A stretch of DNA of 64,000 nt, taken from Marsupella aquatica (taxonomy: Eukaryota > Plantae > Marchantiophyta). This document shows positions 1 through 13,998 of this stretch, one piece after another (within the stretch, counting starts at the first letter, position 1; every line of letters begins with the position of its first letter). The DNA lies in assembly GCA_973895155.1 (NCBI GenBank), contig OZ316893.1:17178670-17242669 (forward strand). The letters run 5' to 3'. The notes beneath the pieces are model-generated. The model was not told the origin of the DNA and ran no database searches. It worked only from the letters and a program-made list of their open reading frames with translations. Both the position numbers and the translations under genes were made by a program.

Positions 1-3000
1 CTTGCCGGTCAAGGTCTCGCCACCAGGTACTACCCCAGGTGGAGTTCAAATCAACCACATTGAACTCGGATGGCAAACGGATGCCGAGGCAAAGTTTGGA
101 CCACCTGATGATGAGGCCGAGGCCCTATCAACATTCTCAAAAGAGGATTTGGATCATGATTGCTATCGGGTCTCTACTCAATCCACCAGAAGGAAGGAAA
201 GGTGGGATGGGCTGGCCAAAAATAAAGGGAAGGTTAAGGAAGAAAGGATCGACTCTTCGTCAACATCAACGGAGGGAAAGGCGTCGGCAACACAGGTAAG
301 CCATGAGCTCACCAGTGACCCCAATCCTTCACAGGACAGCGACTTTAATCAAGATCACCCCAAGTTATTCTACCCCTCTATTACGGCAAGTGTTAAAGAA
401 CAACTTCAAGAATTAGAAACCAAGGAGAATACCGAAGCCATAGCCAAGGATGTGAAATGAGCAAAAGCATTGTTTGCTTATGAAAATCCGACACCTGTGG
501 AAACTAGCATGAAAAAAAAGGCCAAAGCCAAGATGGAGACACCGCCAGAAGAGAAGCCGATAGTCCCCTATGACCTGGCTAAAGATGTACTAGAATCTAG
601 AGTCTCGGCAACAGTAGGTCAACTATTGAAAAATAGCCCGTACTTCCGGAAACAGTTAAGGAAGGCAATTCTCGGCTTGATTACCCAAGGTAGCGACCAG
701 ATCCGACATGCTGATGATAGAAGAAGATCAAGGAGCCCCAGCATTACCATTAATGATTCAAGGAGAAATATTACTGCGGGTACCCATCGATGGAAGATCA
801 GGGGTATGTATTATGATTGATTCAACAGCAAAAGGGTGGGGTCTAATGCCGGAGATGACTGGAAGAGTGTTGAACATGGCCAATGGGTATCAAGTCATTC
901 CCACGGGAGTGTTAACCGTCATCAAGACTGAGATAGGAGGTATCTTCTTTAGCATTAACTATGTAGTAATGAAGCCGGTAAACCCTACGTCATTCCGACT
1001 ATTGATTGGCAGGCCATGGCTATACCTAGCCAAGGTAATAGAGGATTGGGGTAAGAAGGAGTTCACTTTTGGGACCCCCTCTATCACGGTATCCTGGGAC
1101 ACCAAGGATGACCGTAGGAGAATTGAAGCATCAGGGAGGTAGATGGGTACAACAGTGGACTGGAGCCAGCTGATGAGGTACGTTGGCTAGAATGCCTCAC
1201 TGACCTAACCAAAGAAAGTGTCTTTGGACCAGAAGTGCCCCCCAGCGGACTGTGGCACAAACCTATGGAAAGTGACTTGGAGGAATGTGAAAAAGAAACC
1301 GAGGACTGCTTTGCCATAGAGTCCACCTTTTTAGCTTCAATTCCGAAGGAAGCACAAGAGGTGGTCCAGTTGGATGAAATGGCTAGGTGGGGAGCTGCAC
1401 CAAGGACAGTGGATTTTCCTCAGGCGTTGTGGCAGAGTTGGCAGGATCCACAACGCCGTCTATCATCGGCAACAAATTAAATACTAAGGGATCGACTTAC
1501 AAGCCGATCACAAGGGTAGAACAAATTGAGGCCCTACTAGAAGCCGGAAGAGCACAACGGCCGGACCCTCAAGAAGCAAGAATAGATGAGATGCACAGAA
1601 CCAATCCAGAGCCGAGTCAGGAAGGGAAGTCGACCACCAATTCAAAACCAAATAGACCGGCAAGGGAACAATCTGCGGATAACAAGGGAGAAATCAAGTC
1701 AACCGACTCGGCTAGTATAGCCGAGATTCTAGTCTATGGAGGGATGAGACTGGAGAGGCTGGAAGCCAAGCTGGACCCGAATTTGAAGAAGCAGATTAAT
1801 ATGATCCAAGCACGGCAATACCAGAAGCTTGACTTAGGAGAAGGAAGGGAACTGAACTTAGGGCAGGACCTAGCACCTGAGCTTGAGAAGGAGATCAGTG
1901 AATTACTGATTGAATTTCAGGATGTATTTGCATGGAGCCACCAAGACATGAAGGGAGTAGACCTAAAATTAGGAGAACACCGAATTGATCTAATGTTAGG
2001 GGCCAAATCGTTTCGACAACCAATTTGAAGGATGAACCCTAAGTATTCCCTGATGGTCAAAGCTAAAATCAACAAGCTAGTGGAAGTCGGATTCATCACT
2101 CCAGTCCTACACTCAGACTGGGTGTCTCCAATTGTGATAGTTCCCAAGAAAGCTGGACCCGATGGTAAACCCAAGATCCAGGTTTGTCAGGATTACAGGA
2201 AGTTAATGAGGCTACGTTGAAAGATCATTTTCCTTTACACTTTACTGATATGGTACTAGACATGGTAGCCAGTCATGAACTATACTCATTCATGGATGGG
2301 TACTCTAGTTATAACCAAATCAAGATTAGGCCGGAGGACCAAATCAAGACAGCCTTCATCACGGAATGGGGAATCTATGTCTTCAATCGTATGCCGTTCG
2401 GACTCTGTAACGCACCAGCTATGTTCCAAAGATTGATGGTGAGAAAGTTCATGGAAATCTTCATTGATGACTTTGCAATATTTGGGAAGGCATCAAAACA
2501 TGCTAAATACCTCAGGAAGACCTTCATGAGATGCAGAGAGGTAGGTCTCAAGTTACACCCAGATAAGTGTTTTTTTGGAGTTACAGAAGGTGTACTGCTA
2601 GGTCACAAGGTATTGAAGAAGGGCATTGAGATTGACAAGGGTAAGCTAGCAGTATGGCTAGATATCATGCAACCTAAGAACATAAAGGATGTGAGATCCT
2701 TCTTGGGGTGCATTGGCTATTATCGGCGGTTCATCAAGGATTTTGCCAAGCTAGATTTACCACTAACCAACATGCTCAAGGCAGGCATAGATTTTGAACC
2801 CACACCAGAGCAAGTAACAACAGTGGTGGAATTAAAGCAAATGTTAGTTGATCGAGGCCCCAGTCATGATAGCACCAGACTGGAACAAGGATTTTCATGT
2901 CTTTGGAGATGTCTCAAGCTTCTGTATCGGCTCAGTACTAAGTCAGTTGGATGAGAAAGGAAGGGACCATCCTATATACTTTGCAAGTTGCCAGCTTGCC

Positions 3001-3290
3001 AATGCCGAACAAAACTACTCCACCACAGAAAGAGAAGCATTAGGAGTCATTTATTCATGTAAAAAGTTTAGGCATTATTTGCTAGAGTACAAGGTAATCT
3101 TTCATACTGATCACGAAAGTTTGAAGTACCTAGTAAACAAGCCGGACCTTACAGGCAGGGTAGCAAGATGGATATTGCTATTACAGGAATTTGACTACAA
3201 GCTAAAAATCAAGTCGGGAAAGCTACACGCCAATGCCAACTTCTTTTCAAGGATCACAGGCAAACCCGCCACGGATTGCATCAATGATAG
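1..3290 (+). pseudogene. Ty3/gypsy element A: decayed gag/protease-RT-RNase H; integrase absent
   Basis: Frameshifted ORFs: protease-like RVPIDGRSG...LLIGRPWL (708-1142), RT WVSPIVIVPKK, MPFGLCNAPAMFQR, IFIDDF (2032-2954), RNase H QNYSTTEREALGVIYSCKKFRHYL...RVARWILLLQEFD (2848-3290). Begins upstream of the window. Confidence 0.9.
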
Positions 3291-3605
3291 ATTCCAAATT
3301 GGCCCAAATCACCAAAGCCAAAGCCAAGATAGCCTTGGCCGTACAAGCCAGAGTCAAGAAGGATGCAGAGATCGCGCGGCTTTGGATGCAGATTGACAAC
3401 TTAAAGGGACAAGCTATCATTTGGCATAAGCACGTGGAGGACGCTGATGCTCAAGCCCAGAGGGATGCGGCGGAGATTGACGCCCTAAAGGCAGAGGTGG
3501 CACGGCTTCTACAAGAAGCCACTAAACAAGACCAACTGGTGGCGCAGCTGATGAGCGATACCAAGCAATTGGACGAGGTGTGCCAGGATGCCATGGAGGA
3601 GACGG
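3283..3605 (+). pseudogene. 5' part of a coiled-coil extra ORF of gypsy A, split by element B
   Basis: Heptad-like AEIDALKAEVARLLQEA...AMEET. The frame continues across the B insertion at 26228. Confidence 0.7.
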
Positions 3606-4454
3606 TGTCATGCCAAAAGATTTTGGCTCAGGAATGGCTTTTATAGGGGATGATGGGCGAGGCCTCCCGATTGGGTTGCGTGCATGCTGACTCGGAGGGG
3701 TTGCTTGGTTGGATGGATTGAGGTTTGGTGATTGGATGACTCGTCGTCACCAGGTTTGGTGTTTGGGTGAGTCACCAGGCTTGGAGTTTGGATGAGCCTC
3801 GCTGATGGCAGCTGGCCCAGGCTGGATGGTTGGGTTTCCGATGCTACTTAAGACTTGAGCCTTGGCTCATTGAGGTTGGCAGTTGTCTATTGAGATCTGT
3901 TGAGTTGCGTTCTATGAGTTCTGCTCCGTTCTGTGGAACTCGACTGTTGTGTGGCGGTTTTAGAGTTATGGGCAAGTGTTGGATCCAGGTGTGGAGTTTT
4001 CAATCCAGGCGGGGATTTCTCAAGTTTGGAGTCTCGTCGATCCAGGCGGGGATTTCTCAAGTTTGGTGCCTCGTCGATCCAGGCGGGGATTTCTTGAGTT
4101 TGGAGCCTCGTTGGTCCAGGCCCGAGTTCCGTGTGAGCTGTTTTAGACTAGTGGAGTAGCTAGTCGAGTTTTGGTTTTGTGAGCTAAGGAGGATAGTTTT
4201 TCCGTCAGATTTTGAGTAGTTAGTCACTCAAGGAGTTCTACTCAACAAGTTAGAGGTAGCGGCCCGCCGTAGGGCCAGCTACCAGACTCTTGTGGGCAAG
4301 CTTACTCAAGGGCACCTATTGTAACCTTTGTGAGAAAAGTAAAAAAATATAAAGGAGTGAGAGTTTGCTCCAAAAAGTGCTTGTCGCCTGTCCCAATCGC
4401 AGCCAGAAACGCGCAGTTTGCCCGAGGAGCCCCTAACTTTAAGTCCTCGCGACA
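3606..4454 (+). repeat. 5' LTR of element B
   Basis: About 850-bp direct repeat of 25374-26223 with scattered substitutions; TG...CA ends. Confidence 0.95.
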
Positions 4455-4455
4455 T

Positions 4456-4473
4456 TGGCGACCATATTGGGGA
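4456..4473 (+). promoter_or_regulatory. Primer-binding site of element B (TGGCGACCA..., consistent with tRNA-Arg)
   Basis: TGG-initiated motif 1 nt after the LTR end; the tRNA identity is inferred. Confidence 0.7.
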
Positions 4474-4491
4474 ATCCTTGGGGCAATTGGA

Positions 4492-7140
4492 TGAGATGGG
4501 TGACTATGACAAAGTCAATCGGATCTCGAGCATCATCATGTCGATGATGAGAACCATAAGGAAGGAAGAGCTTGAGGCGGAAAGGGCAAACAGGGAAGCG
4601 AATAGAACTTCTCGGTGTCTCCAAGAGGTTCTGAAGGAGAATGGGCAGTTCAATGGGAGAAATGTGACAAGCTACCTTAAGTCTTACTTGACAGAAGCAG
4701 TTGTCTACAAGTTGGACGAAGGGACGACGGTGAAAGAGTTCATGGTGCTGGTTGAGAAGGAGTTGAGGTCGACGGTGCGGACCATCATTGAGTCAGTTGA
4801 GGGCTGGGATGCCTTCGACCAGAAGATGAAAGACGAGTTCCAAGCGGAGGATGCTGATCGGGTCACGCAGGCTACCTTGTTGGATTGGGTGAATGACAGG
4901 AACAAGAAGCTGAAGGGGCCGCAAGAGCTCCTAAGGGAGTTCAAGAGAAGGGTGTCTCAGTTACCGAAGCGGGATGTGGGAATCATCGAGTTGCAGCGCT
5001 TGACGCTCTTCTTGAGGGCAGCCGATGAGGACCTTCAAGAGGAGCTTGAGAATGCAATGGAGCTGCTAGAACCTTCAAGAGTTACCTTGTCTAACGACTG
5101 GAACCAAATTGAGAAAGCGGTGTCAAAAGTGAGCAATCGACATTGGTGGCGAGAGCTAGACAAGGAGGCTACCACTCTCGATCTAAGGCCGCCAAAACCA
5201 ATATTGAGGAAAGGGAAGCGAGAACCAGCAAAGGATGAGATCAAACCATCGGTGGATGATCTTGCGGAAATGATGCAGAACTTGAAGATCTTGGTGGCAC
5301 ATGCGGTCGAGAATCCAAAACCAAGGGTTGTGAGTGCTTCCGAAAGGAAGCAAGAGATGCAGAGTTGGCCATGCATGTGGTGCGACAGCAAAGAGCATGA
5401 CAAACGGGAGTGCCTAGACCCGAGGGAAGCTACGAATAAAGGGCTGATCAAGTTAATCGGTGAAGTTGGTCAAAAAAAGATATCGCTTGCCGATATTGAA
5501 GAGCCAATTCCATTCAACTCCAACAAGGGAGGCATGAAGGCTTTGGCTGAGAAGCGAGCTGGGAAGCAAGTCGAAGAGGCGTCCTCTTCGCACCTGGAAG
5601 CGAATGTTGACAATGTGGAGTTGGATGGCCCTGTGATGGAAACGGACAAGTTTTACAAGCGCTTGGTGGATCTGGTGCGAGAGAGATCCGGATGGAGTGA
5701 CCCGGTGCTGATCAATGTGATAACGGTTGAGGTTGGGGCTAGTTGGGATGCCTCGGTCGAGTCAAAAAGGAAGAAAACCAATGAGGATGACACTCCGTCT
5801 CAATCAAGGGAACGAGAGAGGCGGGATACTCGAGACAAGGAAAAAAAGTTAGGTTCGAAGAAGAGGAAATGAGCAAGAAAGAGCCGGAGAAAGGGAAACC
5901 GATCAGGAAGGACGGCTGGGTGCTTGGCAGGGATGTGGACTAGGCCATGTACCCGGAGGTTGTAGCTGAGAAGTTCTGGAGCCAACAGGCTCAAGGGTTT
6001 ACCAATGCCAAGTTCTTTGGCAGTATGAGGCGGGAGATCCAGGAAGCGATCTTGGAGAGATCCAAGAGGAAACGGATTTACAAAGAGGGCCCTCACACCT
6101 TGATGGGGGAGGCTGGCGAGACGGAAATTGGGAGTTTCCAAACTTACACTGCTGGGGCGTCCATGGGTTCAAGTAGTAAGCCTGCTGGCCCCGAAGAGTC
6201 AGACTTGGGGAAACCAAAGAGGGTCAAGTCCCTTGAAGAGGAGCTCATGGACTTGGACGATGAGTTCTTCAATGCGGAAGAGGAGCTCATGGGAACCAAA
6301 AGCGAAGCTGAGTCTGTGGCAAACAGGGACCCGACTGAAGGGAAAGAGCGAGAAGGCATTACCGCGCAGTCGAGGACCATTCATGTCATGGGCTCAATGA
6401 AAGGAAATGGTTATGCTTACCGAGATGGATACTGGGCTCGAGCAAGTCCAAAGAGCAAGTGCCAGTTGGAAGGAATGGAAGGCAAGGTGCGGGCGCTCAT
6501 TGATACTGGCTCGGAGATCAACTTGATGGATCCAAAGGTGTTTGAAAAGGGGAATTGGTCGGTGGATAATGAGTTGCTTTGGAGTGTGACCTCGGTGAGT
6601 TCAATGAAGGACTATCTTTGGGGCGGATGTCCAAATGTGATGGTGAAGTTCGGGAATGTCAAGCAGGCTTGTAACATTTTTGTTCATAAACACTTGTATC
6701 ACTGAATGGAGGATGGAGACAAAGGTTTTGGATGATACTACCTTCATGGTGAAGGTTCGGAGCAAAGATGGGAAAGAGGTGGTTCAATTTCTGGTTGTTT
6801 TACCTGGAAACGAGAGGAATAGGAAAGGGTTGAGGACTGAGAGTGTCGACGCTGGTCCAGGTCCGGAAAACAACTTGGCACTTTGCTGAAAAGAGTGGAT
6901 TGGCAGAGTGCTCATTCCTTAGCTCCTTGTGAAGGGGAAAACACGATGGATAATGGAGAGGATGAGCCACTCGAATGTGCGGAGTCTAACTTGGGAAGGG
7001 ACAAGTTGGAGAAGGAGTTACGAAGGCAGTACTCGTCTATGGCCGTGCTTGTATACTTGAGTACCAAATACAAGACGGTCAACAAGAAGGTGAGGCCGGC
7101 GGCGATACCTTTGCCGAACGATGCGATGGAGGTTATGGAT
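4492..7140 (+). pseudogene. gag and aspartic protease of element B, running into the start of pol
   Basis: ORFs 4418-5872 (gag-like, CMWCDSKEHDKREC zinc knuckle) and 5947-6705 (VRALIDTGSEINLM protease), with stops and frameshifts. Confidence 0.85.
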
Positions 7141-9352
7141 TGTAATAGAGGGGTTAAGCCCTTAAGGATAGAAAAGTTATCTTATGTGAAAAAAATAGTT
7201 TTCAATGACCATGTTGAGGACCTTGAATGACTATTTAAGCATCTGTGAGTATATTAAGCTTGAATCATGCCAAGGTGCATATAAAGATGTTATGGTCCCT
7301 CATCCGACTCAATAGTGAAAGAGGAATAAAACCATAAATGGATTGGTATTGGGAAAATTTGATAGCGAGGAGAGACCGGCTTCAAACCCTCAAGCAAAGG
7401 TTTAACTTTGGAATTGAGGTTCAACTTTTCACAAATTTGAGTTAGACGGCTAATTCTAAGGTGAATTAATCAGTGCATTTCAGCAACAAGTAGCTCAATC
7501 TTTTATCAAGGTTGTGTTACCCCACCTTCCAGTAGTTCATGGAAAAAATTACACCAACTAAGTGATGGAAATTGAGGAGTTATTCCATCCGGAATTTGAA
7601 CCGGTTTCCATCCGGTTTTTGAGCCGGTTTTTGATCCGGTTTGGACATACCATCCGGTAGAAAAATTACCATAACTCTCAAACCATTTATCCAAATCAAG
7701 ATATGTAAAGTGTGTTGGAAAGCTCTTTCCGATGCGGTTAAGATATATATAAAGAAGTCTGAAAATGGACTCGAAATGACCCACTTAATATTATGAGACT
7801 CCAACCGGTGCAACCAAGAGATATCCGAGATTTCCAGACAAATAATGGAATGAAGATTTTGAAGCGTTGTTTCCACACCATTTGACCTTCAAGATGTCTG
7901 ACTTTGGACCAATAGGAAGCATGATCCATGGCTAAAGACCTTAACCAATCAAAATGGTTGGATAAGTATGAAATGATACTATGAAAAGATATACCCATTC
8001 ATTGGAAAATGGAGAGACTCGATAGTCAAATTCTTATTACTCTGGCACTCCTACATTTTACTTACACCAATGGACATTATCTCAAGACCTCATTTTTGGA
8101 AACCTTTCACTTTGAAACCAAGAAATGTACTACTTGCTTCCTATTTTACTACTACCTTTGGAGGTATCACTTTCATGCCAAACCCTCTCAACTCCATTGA
8201 TCCAACAGTAGACTCCACATTGGTGCAGCCTGACACTTCAACTCCTGAAGAGTAAAAAGTTATTCCATCCGGAAGTTGAACCGGCTTCCCATCCGGTTTC
8301 CCACCCGGTTTTTGATCCGGTTTCGTGTTTGAAGCCCTATAAAACTTAGTATAGGAAGAATTAGACTTTGAATTTTTGCTGAGCACTTTATCTCATAGTC
8401 TAGTTTCAGACTTTAGCATTACTTTTTACTTTTACACTTAGGTTAGGAATTGAAGAGGCATACCTCTTCAACTTTTGTTTAGAAGGAGACTTGTCCCTAA
8501 GTATAAGAGGGAAAGTTTCCACCATTTTACTCAGACTTACATTGCACTTTTGAAAGTCTCCTTCTTTGAAGTGAAGTAATAGATTCATAATTTTGGTGAT
8601 CTATGCTTTGTGTTTGGACATTAGTGTGTGACCATTCTTGCTAGAAAATCTATGGAAAGTGACTAGCAACGTCATAGTTAACCTTTAGGCTGACTGGAAA
8701 TGCATGCCTGAGACCATGCAAAGGTCTAAAGATTCATGTTGACTATGGAATACTTATGGCTTATTAAGTATTAGTGGAAGAAGCACCATACGAGAACTCA
8801 CAAATTGCGTAGTCCTAAAAGAGCAATCTGAAGGATTGAATAGAAGAATAAGTTAGTTCGGAGTGATGAGTACCGCCTTGCTTTGACTTGGCCATAAAAT
8901 TAATAAGGGCTATCTTATATACATCTTTTACAAATTCTTAGATGGTTGGCTTTAAGGATTAGCTTTAGGCATCAGCCTAATTTAGTCAGACTCTCTGTTG
9001 ACTCTTAATCGTGCCTAACTTAGTCATAGATTGCTAAGTGGCGAGAGGAGATGAGACATTTAAGGCTCGCTTAATCCTCTCTTTACGCCTCCGGCTTTTG
9101 GTTGTTTTGCTATAGTTTTAGAATTAATTATTGCATTGTTGATGATGCAAACATCACAATACCTGAGGATGTATTAAAACTCCTTCCACCTGACCTAAGC
9201 ATGTCGATAAAGGCTTAAAATCTGAGATAGGTTAGCTTAACTATCTCAAAGTATATTAATACAATCTTTTAGGTCTCACAAGCTCTTAACGGGAATGAAT
9301 TCTGGTTGTTTAAGAGGAAAGTAGTTCATATTTCCTTAAACCCTACTCTACA
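7141..9352. mobile_element. Solo LTR (2212 bp) of an unrelated retrotransposon inserted in B pol
   Basis: Ends TGTAATAGAGGGGTTAAG...CTTAAACCCTACTCTACA. 5-bp TSD TGGAT at 7136-7140 and 9353-9357. The B frame (MEVMD|QARLEP) resumes after it. No coding content. Confidence 0.9.
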
Positions 9353-9357
9353 TGGAT

Positions 9358-9618
9358 CAAGCAAGATTGGAACCAAGGCTGAGGCCAACTGATCGGATAG
9401 GGCATAAGTTTACTCAAGAGAGTTTGGCGAAGCTTAAGATTGGTTCGGATGGGTTACTTACGGAGGTGGAGCAAGTGGTATTTTGAAAGATGATAATGGA
9501 GCATGGCAAGGCATTCTCGTTTTCAATTGAGGAGATTGGTTGTGCAGATCCGAGTAAGGTGACACCGATGGTCATCTTTACTGTCCCTCATGTTCCGTGG
9601 GATCTGAAACCAATTTCG
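9358..9618 (+). pseudogene. B pol segment upstream of RT
   Basis: Translates ...IGCADPSKVTPMVIFTVPHVPWDLKPIS and continues at 22053 (VPWALASKL...). Confidence 0.85.
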
Positions 9619-10016
9619 CACTAGTAGAAATACCCCCTATTTTTTACCAAACCACTATTGACTACTGTGACAAGGTTATGGAAGTTTAGGGTGTTATCAC
9701 TACATATGTCTTAAGTATCACTTCCACAAAGTTTCCACTCATTTGTTGCGACTCCTTTGCGATGTTGACTTTACCTACTCTTTTCAATCACTCATTCTTC
9801 AAGGTTCAAGGGACATTGTTCATGGTTCAAGGTTGTCCATGCACCTTTGAAGTTGGATGGGGGATACCACTTAATTACAACATCCCATCATAAGGAAAAT
9901 GGCAGGTCCACTATCTAAGCTGATTGTCTTAGTTTAGGGTTCTTATGTGAGTGAGTGCTACTCACCAATTGCCAAACATTCAAGCTTTTTATGTGAGAAA
10001 ACTTCAAATAGTAGAG

Positions 10017-10150
10017 GTACCCCCTTACATGAGCCCCTTACATGTCACTGGCTGAGTACCTTAGTACTCTCCACCCTTGTGCAGTACCCCCTTACATGAG
10101 CCCCTTACATGTCACTGGCTGAGAACCTTAGTACTCTCCACCCTTGTGCG
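10017..10150. repeat. Two-copy ~67-bp tandem repeat inside the CACTA left arm
   Basis: GTACCCCCTTACATGAGCCCCTTACATGTCACTGGCTGAG.ACCTTAGTACTCTCCACCCTTGTGC occurs twice. Confidence 0.9.
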
Positions 10151-12392
10151 CGGGAGCAAATGTAGGGTCTTCGTCCGCAAAGAGGGTTTACAAAGGGGAG
10201 GGGAGGTGGAGCGAATGAGGTGACTCATTGAGAGGGGCGATCGATAGTCGATCGATCAAGGAGGGAATGAAGGTTTATGGAGAATATGGGATTCTTAGTG
10301 TGCAGTGTGTCGGGCTCTCTGTGATTTCAGGGAGGAGGAAGGGTTTGACACCACACTTGAAGCAACCTGACCACATTCAATCGGGTGCTGGGTGCGTTTG
10401 CGAGTGCTCCTTGAAGGCATTGCGGGGGCATTGCGGGAAATTTTAGGGTCGGACGCCAAGTTCGTGGTGCGGGGGTCCATCTTCCGCCATTAGCTTTGTA
10501 AGTCTTTACCTCTTTGCCTTGCATAGCATTGGGAGATGAGAGGAGAGGAAGTGCTTCTTGCTCTTGCGGTCGAAGACTCTCTGTGATTGAAGGGAGGAGG
10601 AAGGGTTTAGGGCCACACTTGAAGCGCAACGTGACCACAACCAACCAGGTGCTAAGTGCATCTACAAGTGCTCCCCGAAGGCATTGGAGGGGCATTGCGG
10701 GAAGACTAGCTTGGCGGGTCAAACGCAAAGTTGAAGGTGCGGGGGGGTCCATCTTCCGCCATTTGCTTGTTGGGTTGTTCTTCGGTCAAGAGGAGAATGA
10801 GCTAGAACAAAAACGCGCTGCGATATTGGAAGTGTCGGGTTTAGGGTGTCAACTTGTTTTCAAGACCGCTGATCTCTGGTGCAGCGTTGGGTGCGGCTGG
10901 TGTTCAGGTAGAGGTGAGAGGTCCCGTGCGACGCACTGTGGTGCTTCATTGTGCTTTGTTTGTACTCTGTTTGTTCATCTTAACTCTGGAAAATTAATGA
11001 CAGCAAAAACTATGGTTCATATATAGAAGGTTGTCCCTATTCGAGACCTCTCTTGCTGAATTCTCACCTCACTCTCTCTCGTCCTCTCTCTCGGTCTCGC
11101 TCTTCCATCGTGTCTCGCTCTTCCATCGTGTCCGCTCTCTGTTGCAGATTTCTCTCTCTCGCGATCCTCAAGTACGTGTCATCATCTCTCCCTCTCTTAT
11201 GCACGCCCATCACTATAGCAATCTCATGTCGGGGTCGGCGTCAAACTTGGATTTCACTATGGAAATGTAGATGGGATCACAGTATATTGTCGACACTTTC
11301 ATTATGCTTCGGCTTGAATTGCTCTAATCTTATACACTAGTATTCTAGTGTGCAGAAGTGTTGTGCAAAACTAAGGTGGGGTGCGGGGGGTTTTTCTTTG
11401 CCTTTGCTGAGCTGCGATTTCAACTCAACGGTCCTGTCCTTAGTCGCTTAGTGCTTATTTGTGTCTTGCAACAATTTTTCAGACCTGCGCGCCTGTAATG
11501 CTTGTACTTTCAGAATCGCAAACTTTAGAGTATACTCTTGTACTGTCAATGACTAAATTAGAAGTTATTACGCACGCCTATATGCTTCACTTGTGTCTTT
11601 GGAGGCTTTCGGATTAGAGGTTGCACAAAGCATGGATGTCATAGCTACCCTAAACTTCAAATTTTCCTGCATGCAATTCTACCTCTACATTCATGTTTCG
11701 GCAACAGGAAGAACGCAAAGGGAGCAGGTCACTCTTCCATTGACTACTTTGCCACTGTATGTATTCAATGTACAGGACATTAGTCAAATGTGATACTCTA
11801 TAATGTACTCCTCCACGAACAACTAATGAGCCACAGAACTGGTGAGCCACACTCTGTCTATGGCACTTGCAGATCATTTTTCCACCCGTTGGAGAGCTTT
11901 CTCTTTTGCCAAGCTAGGCACAAAGAAATCATTCCAGGGTTTTGTCAACTCCTGAGGTCTGTAATCACTCAGAGCCCTCTACATTGTCATTGCTTTGTCT
12001 GGGATTGGATTTTATGTATGGGGCGTCGATTGTATTCTACTGGCCTTCTTGCTGTGCTGAGCAATGTCCTGCTGTGGACTTTTGAATTCTTCTGCTGGTT
12101 CCCCCTATTTTCGTGGCCCCCAAAATTTATAAAAATTAATGTGTGAAAATGCTAGCCCAACAATTGCCCACCTTTAATGGCAAAAATCGTTCAATAATTG
12201 CCTATGTCCAATCTCAGAGTCCTAAACTTAAAATTTCCTCCATGCACACAACCCGTCTTGAATTTACAGCTTGAAATTACAGTTTCTCAAATCTTTGGTA
12301 TTAATTCATAGTTTTAGTTTCTCATTCCTTGCATGCTTCACTACGTCACTGACTCTGGCCATATTGTGTTGTTTTCTGTCGGGGTAGAAGTC

Positions 12393-13114
12393 ATGGCTCG
12401 TCCAAAATGGCCAGCACGCAGAGGCGGATCACAGGTGAGGCACCATTCCATGAGTAGACATCATCATTGGTCCAATGCACAAATTCATCAGAAAGCCGCT
12501 CATGTTTGTGCCATTTGTGACGATGGAGGTGACCTGGTCATGTGTGATGGCCCCTGCCTGAGACAATTCCATGTCAAGTCCTGGTCCACTTATGCACCAC
12601 AAAATACATGCCCTGGGGTTGGGCTCCAGGGGGACCATCGGGGTGCTTGGACCTGCTTTGATTGTGCCACTAATATCAGCAAGTGTGCTCAATGTGGCAC
12701 AAATGGCACTGTTGGGGGGGATCAACCAGAGCTACGGAAATGTCCTGACAGGTTTTGTGTTCGTTTTTTTTGTTTGACATGCCTGCCCCATGATAACTCT
12801 CTTTGCCCACTACATATTTGTCCTGCTTGTGGGGAGCCTGATGATGACTACTGGATAGACATGGTCCATTGTCCCAGATGTCCCACAGCCTGGCACCATG
12901 AGTGTTTACTAGCCCTTCAGGCAGAAGGGTATGCATGTGACCGCCAAATTTATTCCCACTCTGCACACGGGGTTGATAGGTGGTTTTGTATTGCCACCTC
13001 CATACGATTGACCCTCATTTGCAGACCCCTATGAGAGACCATTTGACTTGGCTATTGCTGGATGACACCTCCAGCGCCAGCAACAAAACAAGTGGATCAG
13101 CACCAACAGGCTGA
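12393..13114 (+). pseudogene. EDM2/NSD-type triple PHD finger module carried by the CACTA (one frameshift near 12985)
   Basis: CAICDDGGDLVMCDGPCLRQFH...WTCFDC; CAQC...CPDRFCVRFFCLTC; CPLHICPAC...CPRCPTAWHHECL. The shifted frame gives VLYCHLHTIDPHLQTPMRDHL, matching from memory the EDM2 post-PHD motif YCxxHxIDxxLxTPxRDH. Confidence 0.85.
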
Positions 13115-13998
13115 GCAAAATGAATCCAATATTTCACATCTCACATTTTGGACTTTTTAATGAAGTGGGCACCTCATTGCACTGTCTACCATAGCTCAGA
13201 GACACCCTGCTACAGTGAGCTATCGATCGACTTTGTGACTGCATAGTAAATTTGGATTTTGCTTTTTCAGTTCAGCCATACATGGTTCTGTCCTTATACT
13301 TTTGTACACGATGACACCTCAAAAACTAAGTTAACTTATATTTTGAAGACTGATTAAGTTAATTGCAATTTCAAAGTTAGGGCCTGCATAAGGATGTCTG
13401 TGTTTTTTCCACTTTCAGTGTGTATGGTAAGAGACCATAACTGTGAAAGACTAAAGATTCCAAGCAGACTGTTGCCTGGAGTAAAACAACATGCATGCAT
13501 TGGAGTATGAAAATACATATATAGCTACCATTATGTATTTGTTTTGGCTCTTAACAAAGGTCATCTTAAGTCGTGTGCCTGACCCATACATTTGTACTAT
13601 TATAGATGTGACTGGAAATTGGACAGTTTAATGATATCATTCTCAGTCCCCACCACTGTCACATAAGATATAGGTATTCGAATGTGAATTCAGGCTATAT
13701 TCAGACAGGACAATATAAAAGGCCACATGTATACTGAAGCAGGCTGTCGTTCTACTTTCATCAATGTAATTACATGAACACATGGTGAAAATAATTTGAC
13801 TGAAGAGTATATGGTTTGTCCTATAACTCCGTGCTGGGATTTACTGCATGTACTGACTTTCGATCCTGTCATGTGGGCCACAATCATGGAGCTAGAGTGC
13901 ACTTTGTGTCATAAGAGAGCATTGGGCTGAAGCATTGAGGGACAGGCAATTACGCGGGCACTGGTATTTCTCTATTGGCTTTTATTACAGGAGGCATC

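Noticed and set aside
3830-4159. ORF duplicated at 25580-25928
   Set aside because: Lies inside B's LTRs, and the frame is not conserved between the two copies.
7506-8588. Short ORFs with KPDQKP repeats
   Set aside because: By-product of CCGGTTT repeats within the solo LTR.
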